From the human T2T-CHM13v2.0 reference genome, Homo sapiens, in assembly GCF_009914755.1 (NCBI RefSeq), contig NC_060946.1: a stretch of DNA of 64,000 bases. One strand, written 5' to 3'. Within the stretch, counting starts at the first letter, position 1. Each line of letters opens with the position of its first letter. The notes beneath the pieces are model-generated. The model saw nothing but the letters and a program-made list of their open reading frames with translations. It was not told where the DNA came from and searched no databases. Positions 1-14,894 of the stretch are shown here, in pieces. The translations under genes and the position numbers were made by a program.

Positions 1-319
1 CACCAGCCAGCCGCAGCCTGGTCACCAGTCAACATCTGAGATGAACCAGAACTGCCACAGAGATGCCCAAGGGCCAGACGGGGTGAGACTGAGATGAGGA
101 AGCCGGGGGAGGTGTTCCCATGGTCACAGGCCTGGGACACTCCACAGACCCTGTCCAAGGGCTCTCAGGCAGATCGGGACCAGCCAAGCCCTGGTTCCTT
201 TGGAAGAGGAGAAAGGAAGGGAAACTCCAGCTTCCAGAGCTTGGATTCATAAACCTCCTGCCAGGCCTGGGCCTTTACAAACATTTCCTCATGAGCACCA
301 CCAGCCCACCATGAGCAAG

Positions 320-430
320 GCACTATTATTTTTGCACTGTTACAGCTGAGGATAGGAAGGATCAGAGAGGTTAAGTACCCTGTCCAGGGTCACACAGCTG
401 GTCAGTAGAAGATGTTGTCTGCGCTGGGTT
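320..430. mobile_element. MIR SINE remnant
   Basis: MIR core-like agagaggttaagtaccctgtccagggtcacacagctggtcagt; boundaries approximate. Confidence 0.65.
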
Positions 431-879
431 GGATTTCCAAACCCTTCAGAATCATTTATGCCAACATTGCTTTCTCAGTTGGAGAAAGCCAGGTTTCAAC
501 TTGGTGTCCAGGAGCTGCCTCTGCCTCAGTCTCTCCACCCTGGATCCAGGCCCCATGAGGGACCAGGCCCTCTGCGGTTGGGTTTGCTGACATCCTGCTC
601 TAGGTCCCCCAGAATGCCACGCCGGGTACTGGAGCCCAGGCCAAGAGAGAGGATGGGCTGCCTTCTGCCCCAGGGCACCATGGGAATATCTGGGAGCACT
701 GCTTGCAAAGATGGATCCCCAGAACCCTGGCTTGCTAGAGCGACCTTCTAGGACCAGCAGCATGAGCCTCAGTTACTGATGAGAAAATGGAGGTTCTGAG
801 GGTCCGGTGAGTTGCTCAAGGCCCCTGCGTAGTGAGCCTCCTTGCCACCTTCATGTTTCATTTCAATGTGACAGTTACA

Positions 880-1420
880 GATTTGCAGTCAGACTCTTGG
901 GTCTGCCTCCTGTCTGTGCCCCCTTGGACAAAACACTTTCCTTTTGTAAGCCTCAATTTCCTCGTCTTTGAAACGGGGCCCACAGTTCCTCCCTTTTAGG
1001 GACCTGGGATGGTTGGTCAGTGGAGGCCATATAACTAACTGATTTACCACAAAGCCTGGCACACAGTAGGGCCTCTGCTTTGCAGTCCTCACCGCCTGCC
1101 CCCACTAGCGGTCAGTACCTATAGTTTGATATTTCACTGAGACACAGCAGTCACCGCTGCTGTATCTTAAGCACCTGCCGTGTGCAAGGTGCTCCGCTAG
1201 GCACTTGGTATCATCATCCGTGACAGTAACCACAACCGCTGTTTTGAGCCGCTCGTTGGGCGCAATTCTGTGCACTTCAGAAACATCTCAATGGCTGCAA
1301 TGTGGGTGCTGTCATCACCACACCCATCTCACAAACGAAGAAACTGAGGCTGGAAAGTGACTTGCCCAAGGCAAAAGGCTAGCACCTTTGGTCAGTAGAG
1401 CGGAGGTCCTGTCCTTCTGA
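880..1420. mobile_element. Two adjacent MIR remnants in opposite orientation
   Basis: gcctcaatttcctcgtctttgaaacgggg...cctggcacacagtagg, then cccatctcacaaacgaagaaactgaggctggaaagtgacttgcccaagg. Confidence 0.6.
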
Positions 1421-1779
1421 GCCAGCTCGGGGACCCTGGGGCAGAGCCTGGCCTGCCAGGAGAGGAGGGAGGGAGCAGTGAGGAAGGTTGGCGAGGGGGT
1501 TGGGTGCAGATGGGCAAAAATGGGAACCTGCAGGCTGCCAGGTGCCTCCCAGGGTGGAGTCAATAGGGCTGAGGACCCACAAACTGTCTTGGCCAAGGCC
1601 CCGACCTGGACTCTGGAGTATGGCGGTCAGCGCAGGATGGGTCTGTGCCACAGACATAGGGACCGGTCTGCATGGGACTCTGCCCTTGACAACGGGGGCT
1701 CACAGTCCCTAGGTGAGCTGGCTTCACTGGGCAGAGTCCCTCGGTCCTCTAGCTCTAGATACTCAGCCATTCCTCCTAG

Positions 1780-2330
1780 TACCCCCCTCTCAGTACTCAC
1801 TGGTGCCATCTTGTCCAAGACTCACTGTCTCCTGCCTGGACTTAGGCAGTAGCCAACAATCTCTCTGACTCCATTCTCTGGCCCACTGAGCCATCCTTCA
1901 CATGGAGCCAAAGGATCTGTGTGAAATCCACATCCAACAGCATCGCTCTCCCGCTCAAGACCCTCCTGTGGCTCCCTATTTACTTTCAGGCTAAAGTCTG
2001 GATTCCACCTGCCATCTTGCCCCTTCTCCTGCCAAAGGCCACCCTAGGCTTGCATAGCCTCTCAACTTTTCTGAAGGTACCCTTATACTCTCTGTTTTCT
2101 TTTCCTGGACTTCTCTCTTGCTCCTTTTTATCTCTGAGGACCCAGAACATTTGTCTCCTCTTCCTGGAAGCCTTCTCTGAGCCCCAGTCTGGGTCCCTGC
2201 TTCCTTTGTGCTTCCTGCCCATCACAGCCCTGGTCCCAATGAAGTGACACTGTCTATCTGTGCCTCTGTCACTGCCAGGAGCTCCCAGAGAGTCAGGTTT
2301 GGTTCTGCCTTGGCTCAGTGTCTCCAGTGT
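1780..2330 (-). mobile_element. L2 LINE remnant
   Basis: Pyrimidine-rich L2-like motifs (ctcaagaccctcctgtggctccc; ttcctggaagccttctctga); boundaries approximate. Confidence 0.55.
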
Positions 2331-3198
2331 GACCCACGACAGGGTCCAGCCCAGAGGGGGTCTCCACGCCTGAAGTCGCATATGTGGTTCCAACAGGCCT
2401 GGCTTGGAGAGCCAGCCCGGGAGGCAGGCAGCGGCTGGTGCCTCTTGAGCTCCCCCGGGACACCTGGAGCAGTCTGGCCACGTCTGCAACTTGGCACTGA
2501 TGTTTGATTAATAAGCATATTTGGTACTTGCCTCGTACCTCTCATCTCCAACCCTCTGAACGCGTCCCCAACTATAATTAATTCTCCCCACACCCCAATG
2601 AAGCTGCTCTTCCCACAGCAGATAATGATGTGCGAAGTCCTTTCAGTGAAGGTGTTGTGATTAATTCCACTGTGTAATTAGGATCGTCTCTTCCCGCCTC
2701 CCAGGCCCCTTCCAGTTCTCCCCCTCCCTCCCCCAGGCCAACAGGTGGACTCAAGGACTTCAGCATGGAGCACTGGTTTATTATTGTTACCAAGCCACAC
2801 ATGAGCTTGCTGCCTCAACAGCTTGGCTTGTCCTTGGAAAATATAATGGGATAATTTTTGCAGAAATGACAGAGGCAGCAGAGGAGCAGTGAGTGGAGCG
2901 CAGCCACACTGGAACCTGGTCTCTGCAAGCTTGGGGAGTGAACTGAGGTTGGGAAGGGCCCTGGGAAATCACAACTTTAGAAAGCTCTCCCTCCTTCAGG
3001 AAGCCTCCTTTGATTAGTCTGCTCAGATTGGCCTCTCACTTTTCTGTTTCCCTCTGGCCTTTAGAGCAGAGGCCCCTGTTTTAATAGATGATTGCTTGGT
3101 ATTGGCCTGGCCTTCCCAAAGACACTGAGAGTCCCCGCATCAGATTCAAGTTTCCATGTCTTTGCATCCTGCGGGGTGAGCGGAGGACTTTGCATCCA

Positions 3199-3688
3199 GT
3201 AGATGGGTATGTGTGGATGGGTAGATGGATGCAGCATGAGTGAACAGATGGTAGATGGGGGGATGGATGGATAGATGGGTAGGGAATAGGTGAATGGATA
3301 GATGGGTGAATGGGTGGATAAATGGATGGATGGATGGATGGGTAGGTAATTGGTGGATGGATGGATGGATGGGTGAGTGGGTGGGTGAGTGAATGGGTGG
3401 GATGGCTAGATGGATAGACAATGGGTAGATGGGCAGATGGGTAGAGGGTTGAGTAAGTGAATGGGTGGGCCGGTGGATGGGTGAGTAGATGATGGGCGGA
3501 TGGATGATGGGTGAACAAGTTTACGGCAGGATGACTATACAAATGAGTGGTTGGGTAGATGGAGGGCTACGTGGACAACTGAAGGACGGGCTGGGTTGAT
3601 AGGTAGATGGGTAAGGTGGTGAGTGTGAGATGGATGGGCGAGGGGTGCATGGCTCGGGGGGTTACTGGGTGAATGATGGGTGGTGGGT
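3199..3688. repeat. Degenerate (GGAT/GGGT/AGAT)n tetranucleotide low-complexity repeat
   Basis: Runs such as ggatggatggatggatgggtaggt over ~490 bp; explains the His/Pro-rich ORFs 3081-3542 and 3146-3421. Confidence 0.92.
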
Positions 3689-3699
3689 CTTCAATAGAC

Positions 3700-3815
3700 A
3701 ATAACAATAATGGCAGTAATAATTTACCTCCAGCTAATATTTATTGAGGTACCAGGCACTGTTCCAAGCATTTTACATGATGAATTAGCCCATTTAATAC
3801 TTGTAACTCTTCCAG
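3700..3815. mobile_element. MIR remnant
   Basis: aatatttattgaggtaccaggcactgttccaagcattttacatg...catttaatac. Confidence 0.65.
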
Positions 3816-4291
3816 GGGAGAATGCATGGTAGATTGAGAGGGGGCAGCTTGGGTGTCTGTGTTGTGGACAGGCAGGCAGTCAGGCAGACGGCTGGATGTG
3901 CATTTTGTGATGGGGGCAGATGCTTGATGAAACAGATAGGGAGCTGGGCAGCTTGGGAGGGGAGGCGTGCGGGAAACAGGATGATGAGAGGTCCTGAGGG
4001 GCAGGTGAGAGGCTGACATAAGAGCTGAGTATGTTTTATTTGCCCCCACCTCAGGGAGGGACATTTCCATCCACTGGACACCCACACCAGGAAGCTGGTG
4101 TCCCCTTTGATGGCCATCTCTGCCTAGGTCCCTCATCCTACCACCTCTTAGGGCTGCAGCCGTCTAATACCATCCATTCCAGATCCCACTGACTCCTGCT
4201 GAATTTTGCCTCGTAGGCCCCCTTAGCAGCCCTGGCCCACTCCCCTGTCCCCTACACATGGAAGCCAGAGGGATCTGGCCAAAATGCAATC

Positions 4292-4585
4292 TTTTTTTCT
4301 TTCTTCCTTTTTTTTTTGAGATGGAGTCTCGCTCTGTCACTCAGGCTGGAGTACAGAGCTCACTGCAACCTCCGTCTCCCGGGTTCAAGCGATTCTCCTG
4401 CCTCAGCCTTCCAAGTAGCTAGGACTACAGGCACACGCCACCACGCCCGGTTAATTTTTGTGTTTTTAGTAGAGACAGGGTTTCACCATATTGGCCAGGG
4501 TGGTCTCAATCTCCTGACCTCGTGATCCGCCCGCCTCAGCCTCCCAAAGTGCTGGAATTACAGGCGTGAGCCACCGTGGCCAGCC
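4292..4585 (-). mobile_element. Alu (AluSc-like) inserted in an L2-like remnant
   Basis: T-tail, Alu dimer with a short deletion near 4355; TSD ccaaaatgcaatc 4279-4291 / ccagaatgcaacc 4586-4598. Confidence 0.96.
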
Positions 4586-4899
4586 CCAGAATGCAACCTT
4601 AATCCTGCCACCTCCCTGCCCAAGCTCTTCTGTGGCTCCCAACCCCCATGGACAGCCAGCCCTGGTCTGCCATGTGTTACATGACCAGCAGCTGCAGACA
4701 CACCTGAGGCCCTGGTTTCCCCGCAACAACAGGTTCCTTCAGGCTTCCAGGTCATGACTACAAGGTGCCTCTTCCCAAATGCCAGCCCCCATCTCAGCCC
4801 ATTCAACTCGGGTCGAGGGAAACCTCACCTCCTCTGCAGCCCCCGCCACAGCCACCATCCCAGAATCTGCGCGGAGGTCTCCAGCCTGAGGTCTGGAGC

Positions 4900-5080
4900 C
4901 ACTGCTGTGTGCAAACCTTGGCTTCTCCAGCCCAGCCTCCTCATCTGTAAAATGAGGGTGAGACTTGTTCTCATCTCCCCTGGTTGTCTTGTCGTGAGGA
5001 CTCAATGAGGTGTGAAAAGTGCTGAGGACACAGCTGACAGAGAGTGCTTCGCGAATGCCTGGCTGTGATTGTTATTAATA
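4900..5080. mobile_element. MIR remnant
   Basis: cctcctcatctgtaaaatgaggg...ggttgtcttgtcgtgaggactcaatgag. Confidence 0.65.
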
Positions 5081-6029
5081 AAGCGCCTGCTTCCCCACCA
5101 GGCAGTGCATTTCTCAAAGATAAGACTGGGGCTTCTTCATGGATGAATCATTTCTTTCAACAGATATTTATGGAGGCCCTTCCTCCGCGCAGGGCAGTGT
5201 CCTGGGTGCCAGGGACACGCTAGTGCACAGAGGTCCCCCAGGCTCAGCCTAGGCCCCAGGTGACATAGGAGAGTGGTGACCGAATGGTGGCATCACGTAT
5301 ATGCCTAAATGACAGCAAACGAGACAAGCCAAAGGACCTTGGGGGCTGAGGTCCCACCAGCTGCCTGCTGGCCTGTTCCCTGGACCACGAAGGGTCCTTG
5401 CCTTTCGGAGCAGGGCAGACTGGCTGCCCAGGTCCTCCATCTGCATAGCTGAGTCTAAGCCACTTCTCTCTCAGGGACAGGAGGGTGACCTTGCATCTCC
5501 CGGAGCCTGGGCCCTGAGGAGCTAAGAATAGTGAAGGGACCCCACCCCCCGCAGTGTGGCCAGCTGCTGCTGGCATCTGTGGGGACATGGCTGAGCCTGG
5601 GCAGCTGTTGGGGAGGGCAGGGGAGCCAGAGTTGGGGAGAGTTTCCATCTCCAAATGTGCTGAGCCAGCACTCTAGGCTGCCGTCCTTGCGGTCTCACCT
5701 GGAGTAGGGGAAGGCGTGGAACTCTGGCTCTGCCACTTACTAGCAAGTGACTTTGAACAATCTGCTTGTCCTTGCATCTCTGTTTCCCAGAGAAGAAAGT
5801 GTCAGGGCCCTTGCTTCAGGATGCGGGCTGCCTCCTGGCCCCCACTCTAATCCTGACCCCCACCAGGGGACTTGAGGATGGCAGCCCTTGTTGCCCCAGG
5901 CCCCTGTCTTCATCTTCAGCTTTGCCAAGCGCATGCTCTACCCCTGGCACCCCGTTTCCATATGAGGAGGCAGCAGTGGCTGAGAGCTCACAGCACTGCT
6001 CTGGAGTCTGCCAGCCTGAGGACAAATGC

Positions 6030-6210
6030 CACTGGGCACTCTCAGCCTATGACCTCAGTCAAGTCCTTTGCCTCCTAGCCTGCTTCCCCCTGTGTAAAAT
6101 GGGGACAATGGCCCATCCTTGGGGCATGGTGCTGTGGGGTGAGCTATGCATGTCAATGGCATGTAGTGAGAGCTTCTGAAGCACACAGTAGGCGTTTGGT
6201 GTTGCTGTTA
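6030..6210. mobile_element. MIR remnant
   Basis: tgacctcagtcaagtcctttgcctc...ctgtgtaaaatggggacaatgg...gcacacagtagg. Confidence 0.6.
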
Positions 6211-9200
6211 TGCTTCCCCACGGGTTGGACTGCTGTGGTGACTTATATAATAGATTACCTCTGCAGAGCCAAGCTGAGGAGGAGAGAAAATGGCCAAGTT
6301 TTCTGCATCTCTGAGAGTCAAGGCTGGGACCAGCAGGGAAAGCTTTGGGGTGGATTGGAAGGGCCCCAACTCTCGGAGCTGGGAGAAACAGTCTAAATTG
6401 GCTGTCCATTCAGGTAGGGAGCTCCCCATTACTAGGGGCAATCAAATATAATCTGGTCCTCTGCTTTCCAGTGATTCACATATACGTGGGTCAGTATTTT
6501 CCCTGAGATTTCATGATGCAGTTGTTTATCTAGATCCTCGTCAGTAGAAACACTCTATATAAACTTTAGGTGAAAATCAGGTCTGACCCTGCCAGGCTCC
6601 TGCCACGGACCCTTCTATGCTCCCATTGCCCCAGTAGGCAAGGGAGGGGAGGAGGGGAAACCCAACAATGATGTCCCCACGCATGCCACGACCCCGGCCA
6701 CCAGACCTGGAGTGGGAGGAAGGACAAAAGGCCAACACCAGCAGGTGGATGAACATGGACAGGTGGATTCAATCTGGGCTGAGGGCTCATCCCCAGGGGC
6801 CTGGAGAAGATGAGGTGAGAGGCAGCGATGGGAACAAATCAAAGCGATTCATGTGCCGCCCAGAGCTCCTGTCACGCAGTGAACTCGGCACAATCCTTGG
6901 GGTGTTCTTTGATGCCTGTTTCATAGAGGAGGAGTCAGAGGCTCAGATAAGTTCAGAGATCCTCCCAAGGTCAACTCCCAGCTGTGGAGTGGGAATCTGA
7001 GCCCAGCTGCAAATGCTACTGCCCATCGCTCCCTGGGGGGCGTCTGTGAGGCGTCATTGCCTCGCTCCCTGGCCAGCACAGGCCGGTTATGCAGCTGAAT
7101 CCTGGGCTGCTGCTGGCCTCTGGCACAGGTGGCCCCTGCTGCACTGGGCAGGCCTGTTGGGTTCTGAGCTCTGCGGCCTGGGGTGGGCCTGCTGCCCTGG
7201 AGTGGATGCCTTTCCCGGGTTGCTGTCCAGCTCATCACTCCCCTGCCCCATGGCTGCACAGAGTCCTGAGCGGTCGGCAAATCACAGTGACTGTTTTCTC
7301 CCCCCATGGACCAACTGGAGGGGAGCGCTCAGGTGTCTGCTGTCCAGGTGTCCGTTGGCTGGCGCCCCTGACCTGCGGACTCCAGAGCAGGTTTCCAGCG
7401 GTCGGGGTGGCCTCTCTCAGGCTCCATTCGCTGGACCCCTATCCTATAACATCCTCCTGAAACCCAGCAGCCTCGGTGGAATGGAAGCACAGTCAGTGTA
7501 ATGAGGGCGAGTTCCTGCATTTGGGTCTTACCTTCAAACCCTCCCACAGTGACCAGGAGTAAGGGTTCTTCCACTCAGCAAGGACACAGAGGGTGAAGGC
7601 TGCATTCCAGGAGTTGCTCTAGGTCACTCACTTGGAGAGGCGGAGGCAGAGAGAGCGGCTGGGAGGTATTTTTCTGGGTTACGTTTGTAACTTGACCCTT
7701 CCTCTTCACTTGTTCATCTATGGGCTGCCAAGTCCCCAATCTCCCTCTTGAGCATGAAACCCATGTCACCAACTGTCCAGGCCCTGAGGCTGCAGGCAGG
7801 TCTGAGCTGGAACTCTGCACCCTATGCCCAGATCTCCACCCTCACCCTCCAGTCAGATGCTTCCCCTTGGCTGGCACCAGGCTCTGTGGTTCCACCTTGT
7901 GAATTCGTCCACTTCCGTCCACTACCACACTGTTGGCACCACAGTCGCTGTCTAGGCATCATCCTGCTGTCTGCTCCCAGGCCCCCGCCTGAGTACCATC
8001 AGCCTGGCTCTGCCCAGCAGCCCAGCCAGCTGCCCGGAACGTCCTGCAGTGGGATGATCTGACCAAGGTACCAGGACACCAGCATCAGCGAGATATCACT
8101 AGTCAGGGTCCCCAGAAAGGCAAAGGAAGGGGATCCCCCTTTCCCAATCCTGACTCCTCACTCACATCAGAGACCAGAGAGGGAGGATTGTGGGGACACT
8201 CTTTCAGGAAGAGAGTGGGCGCAGTCCCACCCTGAGTCTCCAAAGGGGAGGAGACTGCTGCCAGCTTCTCTTCTGCCTGGTGGGACCGGTGAGAGAGGCT
8301 CGGTGTTGACTGGAACCAGGGGCTGCAGGCTCAGGGGAAACCCAGGAGAGAGGGCTGGGTTGGGCACGGCTATTATTCCCAGAGTTGGCCTGGCCGAGGT
8401 GCCTAAGTCAGTCTGTGGTTCAGACATGGGGCTCAGGGCTGGGGGAGTCCTGCCAAAAGACCCTGACAATAAGTCTTCAAGGTGTGAAGACCTTGAAGAA
8501 GAGACTCAGGGACTAGGCGTGGGAGGGCAGCAGCCTGGGGCCAGCCATCTGCTTTGGGAAACTCCGCCCAGTGGCTGCATCTTGCCGTCTGATCAGAGGA
8601 CGAGATGGGCAGGCAGGTGGGGTGGGATTTGTGTTAGAGGCTTGGGGGGCTGTGGTTCAACTGATTTGCCTGTGGCCTCAGGGGGTGTGAGCCCCATCCC
8701 CATTTATGCGGGGGGCTGCCAGGTCCTGAGACCACCCCTGCCAGTTCCTCCCAGGTGATGGGGTTGCTTCTGAGGAACAAGTGGCCTCTGTCCAGGAGTC
8801 ACGGGGGGTGGGGACACCCCAAGTTCACAGACACCCCTCCCCCACACTAGAAAGTATGAATGGAGACAAATTTCGTCAGCCTGGTGTTCACATGCATGGC
8901 ACAGCTCCCCCCAGCCCACCTGCCCAGGGGCCCCAAAGGTCTCAGCCTCGCACGAGATCCCCCGACTTTCCAAACTTGTCAGCTTTCCAGGTTTGTCTTC
9001 CTGGACGTGTTTCTGCCCAGGGGTTTCTGCTGTGCCTGAGAGGTGGCCCAGGGTCATGTGACGGGGGTAGAAACTAGCCCAGCAGGCCTGGGTTTGCCTG
9101 CCACTGTGCTTCTCACTTGCTGTGTGACCTGAGGTAAGTTACCAGAGCTCTCTGAGTATGTTTTCCTAGTCAAGCTTTGGACAGATGCCCTGTGCGGGGG

Positions 9201-9288
9201 TGAGTGGTCAGAAAATGCTGTTTCCCCTGTCTCCCTTCCACTTTTGAATGTTTCCTCTTCTCAGCTGACATTTAAAACAATTCCCACA

Positions 9289-9591
<303 letters not shown>

Positions 9592-11652
9592 CACCAGTTC
9601 CCACAAATGCCTGAACCTCCCCCTGAAACAATGACTCATCTTGGGGCGGGGGGTGCCATAAAGTATGTGATCAATTTAACCCTGTCTCAGCCACAGTGTC
9701 ATCACCCCAGCCCCCGTCACCTCACTGATATTAAGTAGGCAATGAACACGGCAGGTGGAAGCAGTCCCTGCCTGATGGGGGAACCAGATGGCGAAACCGA
9801 TGGCAGGGCTGCAGTGGGAACCTGGCTTTGCCTGCATCACGGGGGAAGAATCTGAAGAATTGGCTGAGGGCCATTGAGAGCCTGCGGCTGACGGAGACTC
9901 GGGGAATTTAATGATGGGTTAGTTGCCTGCATACAGGAACCTGCTGACATGGCATTTTGTGGGCAATTCTGGGAATTTTGGTGACAAGTGTTCCTGACCC
10001 CTCAACCTCACCCTCACCCCCACTGTGGTTCTCAGTTTCTGATTGGGTAAGGACAAACCTCAGTGGAAACTCAGTCCCAGGTGGAAGGGGCCCCAGAGGC
10101 TCTCTGGTCAGGGAGGCTCCCTTTGTGTGAGTGTGTGCATTCACATGTGTGCGCCTCTTGGAAGAGAGGATTCCAGGTTCTTTCAAAGCTCAGAGAGGTT
10201 TGTGATTCCCAGAGACCAAGAACTGCAGGTCTTGTTCATTTTACAAGCAGGAAAAGCCCCGGACAGCCTGGCTTGACTTACAATGTGGCCAATTTGCTTG
10301 CAGTTGAACCATTCCCATAGTTTCCTTCAGGAAGCAGGTCTGGCGGGCTGGGGGTGGTGGTGAGGGAGGTGTCAGGGACATCTGTCACTGGTGCCCCTCC
10401 TCCTGGGGTTTTCAGGAGTAGGCCCAGGGCTGGTACCCCCTCACGATGGCCCCACACCCAGTCACAGCCAGTGGAGACCACAGTAGAGGGGAGGGGACTC
10501 CTCTGGGCTTGGTCCTCATTGGTCACTACCTGTGGCCCAGGTGCCCTGGGTACTTGGGCCTCAGGAGAGGACCGCTTTGGCCACCACGTCCACCGCACTG
10601 CCACAGCTCCCCTCACTGTCCTCACCCCCCTCCTCAGTTTCCTCTTGATGGTCAGCTGGCCCGCCCCCTCCTTTCTTGCAGAGGAGGAAACACAACACAG
10701 CCCTGTGACTCTTCAGGGCTCCCAGTTTTCTCTGTCTCCGCCAGGCTGGTGGGGCTTGCTGCTGGGCCCATTGGGGTGAGATGTGTGGGCCCCACAGCCT
10801 TCTTCCTGCCTGCCCCGGGCTCTGAGGCTCAGGGACCTGGAGACCCCTCTTTTCTATCCGCCTCTAACAGGATGAGTTGAGCATGGAGGTTTCTAGACTG
10901 GGCCTCCTGGCAGTGTCTCTTCCCAGCCCCAGGGTGCTATTGAAGGGATGCGAGGCAAGGAGAAGGATTCGAGCCAGGAGCCCCGAGGAGGGAGCTGCTT
11001 GAGGGACCTATTGCTTGCAGGTAAATTCCTGGTTTTGGAGAACCCAGGTGGCCCCCAATCGCCCCCACTTTCTGCGCCTTCCGACAGGTGGCAGGCGGCA
11101 GGTGCTCTGTGCATATATGTCCCTTTTTGAGAATTCGCTCTGAGTCAAGGTGGCTCATCCCAAGGCTCCTTAGACCTCAGGGAGCACCTGCGATTTTACA
11201 GCAAGTACCCATGCACTCTCCCGCTTAGACCCCACGACAGCCTGGCCGGGTGGCGATTTCAACTGACATTTTGTATAAGCCTTCAGGGGGCTGAGTGACT
11301 TGGCTGAGAACACCCAGTGGGACAGCAACAGAGCTGGTGAGAGCACTCACTTTCCAAGCCTTATTCCAGCACTCTCTTCCCAGCCCTGGGGAAGCTTTCA
11401 GGTCATCTGGTAATGGCAGAAGCACACAGCCAAGACGTGTGTGGAGAAGCTGCGGGTAAAACCCCTCTCCCCCTCTCTATTCTCAGCAAGCAGCACAAGG
11501 GACCCCTCTGAAGGTGGGGAGACCACGACCCTGCTCACCGTTCAGCCCCTCTGCAGTCCCTACCTCACCAGAGCAAAGTCACTCACCACCCTCTTTCTGG
11601 AACACACTTGCCCTAAGATACCCGCTGGGCTAATGGGCTTGCTTCTGTCACA

Positions 11653-12270
<618 letters not shown>

Positions 12271-12563
12271 GGGCTCTTGGGGAAGCACCTTTGGGATCAG
12301 CAGCTGCCCAGGACCCTGGGAACACTGGGCAGACCCCGGGCGGGGAGTTGGGTTCTGTTCCCAATGAGCAAGTGGCTCATATCTTTGTTTCATCCATCAG
12401 AAACCAAGCCTGTGCCAAGCACGGTGACAGGTCTACATGGGCCCATTAAAGCCTAAGGAAGAAGGAAGTACTTTGTGGCAATTCAGCCGAAGCAAGGAGA
12501 AAATTCAGAAAGATTGTGATTCCCCTTTGCAGTTTTTGCCAATTTCGTTTCTTTTGGTAGTGA

Positions 12564-12960
<397 letters not shown>

Positions 12961-13189
12961 TGTCCCTGTGGGTTTTATGATAGCATTACACAGAGTGATT
13001 TCAATAATGAAGATCCTGCCTGTTTGTTCTTGCTAGCTTGGGAGCCAGGCTCATTACATAGGGAGGACCAGCCCGGGGGCCTGGATGTGATCTAGGACTG
13101 GAATTTGGACATGGGAGCTTCTCCTGGCACCAGATGGGGAAGTGAAGGGAAAAAAGCTGGGCCAGAGACCAAGTTCTGTGTCAGGGGGT

Positions 13190-13510
13190 GCATAGGATGA
13201 CCCATCTGCTTCTAAACTCCTTTCCCGAGTTCTCCACCCACCTCTTCCTCCCCCAAGGGACACTGGCCTCCTTGCTGCTCTGGGGCCACGTCAAACACAC
13301 TCCTGCTTCGGGGTCTTTGCACTGGCCGCTCTCACTCCCAGAGAGTTCTGCTGTCCCCAGAGATGCCCGTGGCTGCCTCGCCTTCCTCCATGCCTCTGCT
13401 GACAGGTCGTTTTCCAAGCATCCTCACCTCCTGATGCTTCCCACTCCCCTTCTCAGCTCTTCCCCTGAGGCATTCATTGCCATCTGTTAGATTATACACG
13501 TGCTTGCTTA
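13190..13510 (-). mobile_element. L2 remnant
   Basis: cactggcctccttgctgctc...tcaaacacactcctgcttcggggtctttgcactggc. Confidence 0.55.
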
Positions 13511-14021
13511 TGTGCAAGGAGTGAACGGATTCTGTTCTTTAGAAGATGGGGAGGGAGGCTCGAATCTGCAGGCCAAGGAATGCAGAGGGGCAAGGACATC
13601 CTAGGTTTCTGATTTGAGGATCTAGCTGGGGGTGGAGCCATTTGCTTCAATGGGGCACTGAGGCGACACTTCCCTGAGAAGCTTCTGGTCTCCCCACTTG
13701 CATTGCTGCCCACAGTGGCCCCCATCGGCCCCCTCTGTAGCAGCTAACCCATTGCCAGTACCAAGCAGTGCTTGGCCGGGCCCCACTGATTCTGTGGCTG
13801 GCTCAGCTCACTTGCAGCCCCCTGGATACTGCCCTGAACTTACTATTAGGGGCTGAACTGTGCCCCCACCCTTCATATGTTGATGTTCTAAACCCCCATC
13901 CCTCAGAATGTGACTTTATTTGGAAATAGGATTGTTGCAGCAATAATTAGTTAAGATAAGGTCGTACTGGAGTGTGCTCTAATTCAGTATGACTGTGTCC
14001 TTATAAAAAAGGGAAATTTGA

Positions 14022-14497
<476 letters not shown>

Positions 14498-14518
14498 TCA
14501 GAAAAACTAACCTGCTGA

Positions 14519-14894
<376 letters not shown>

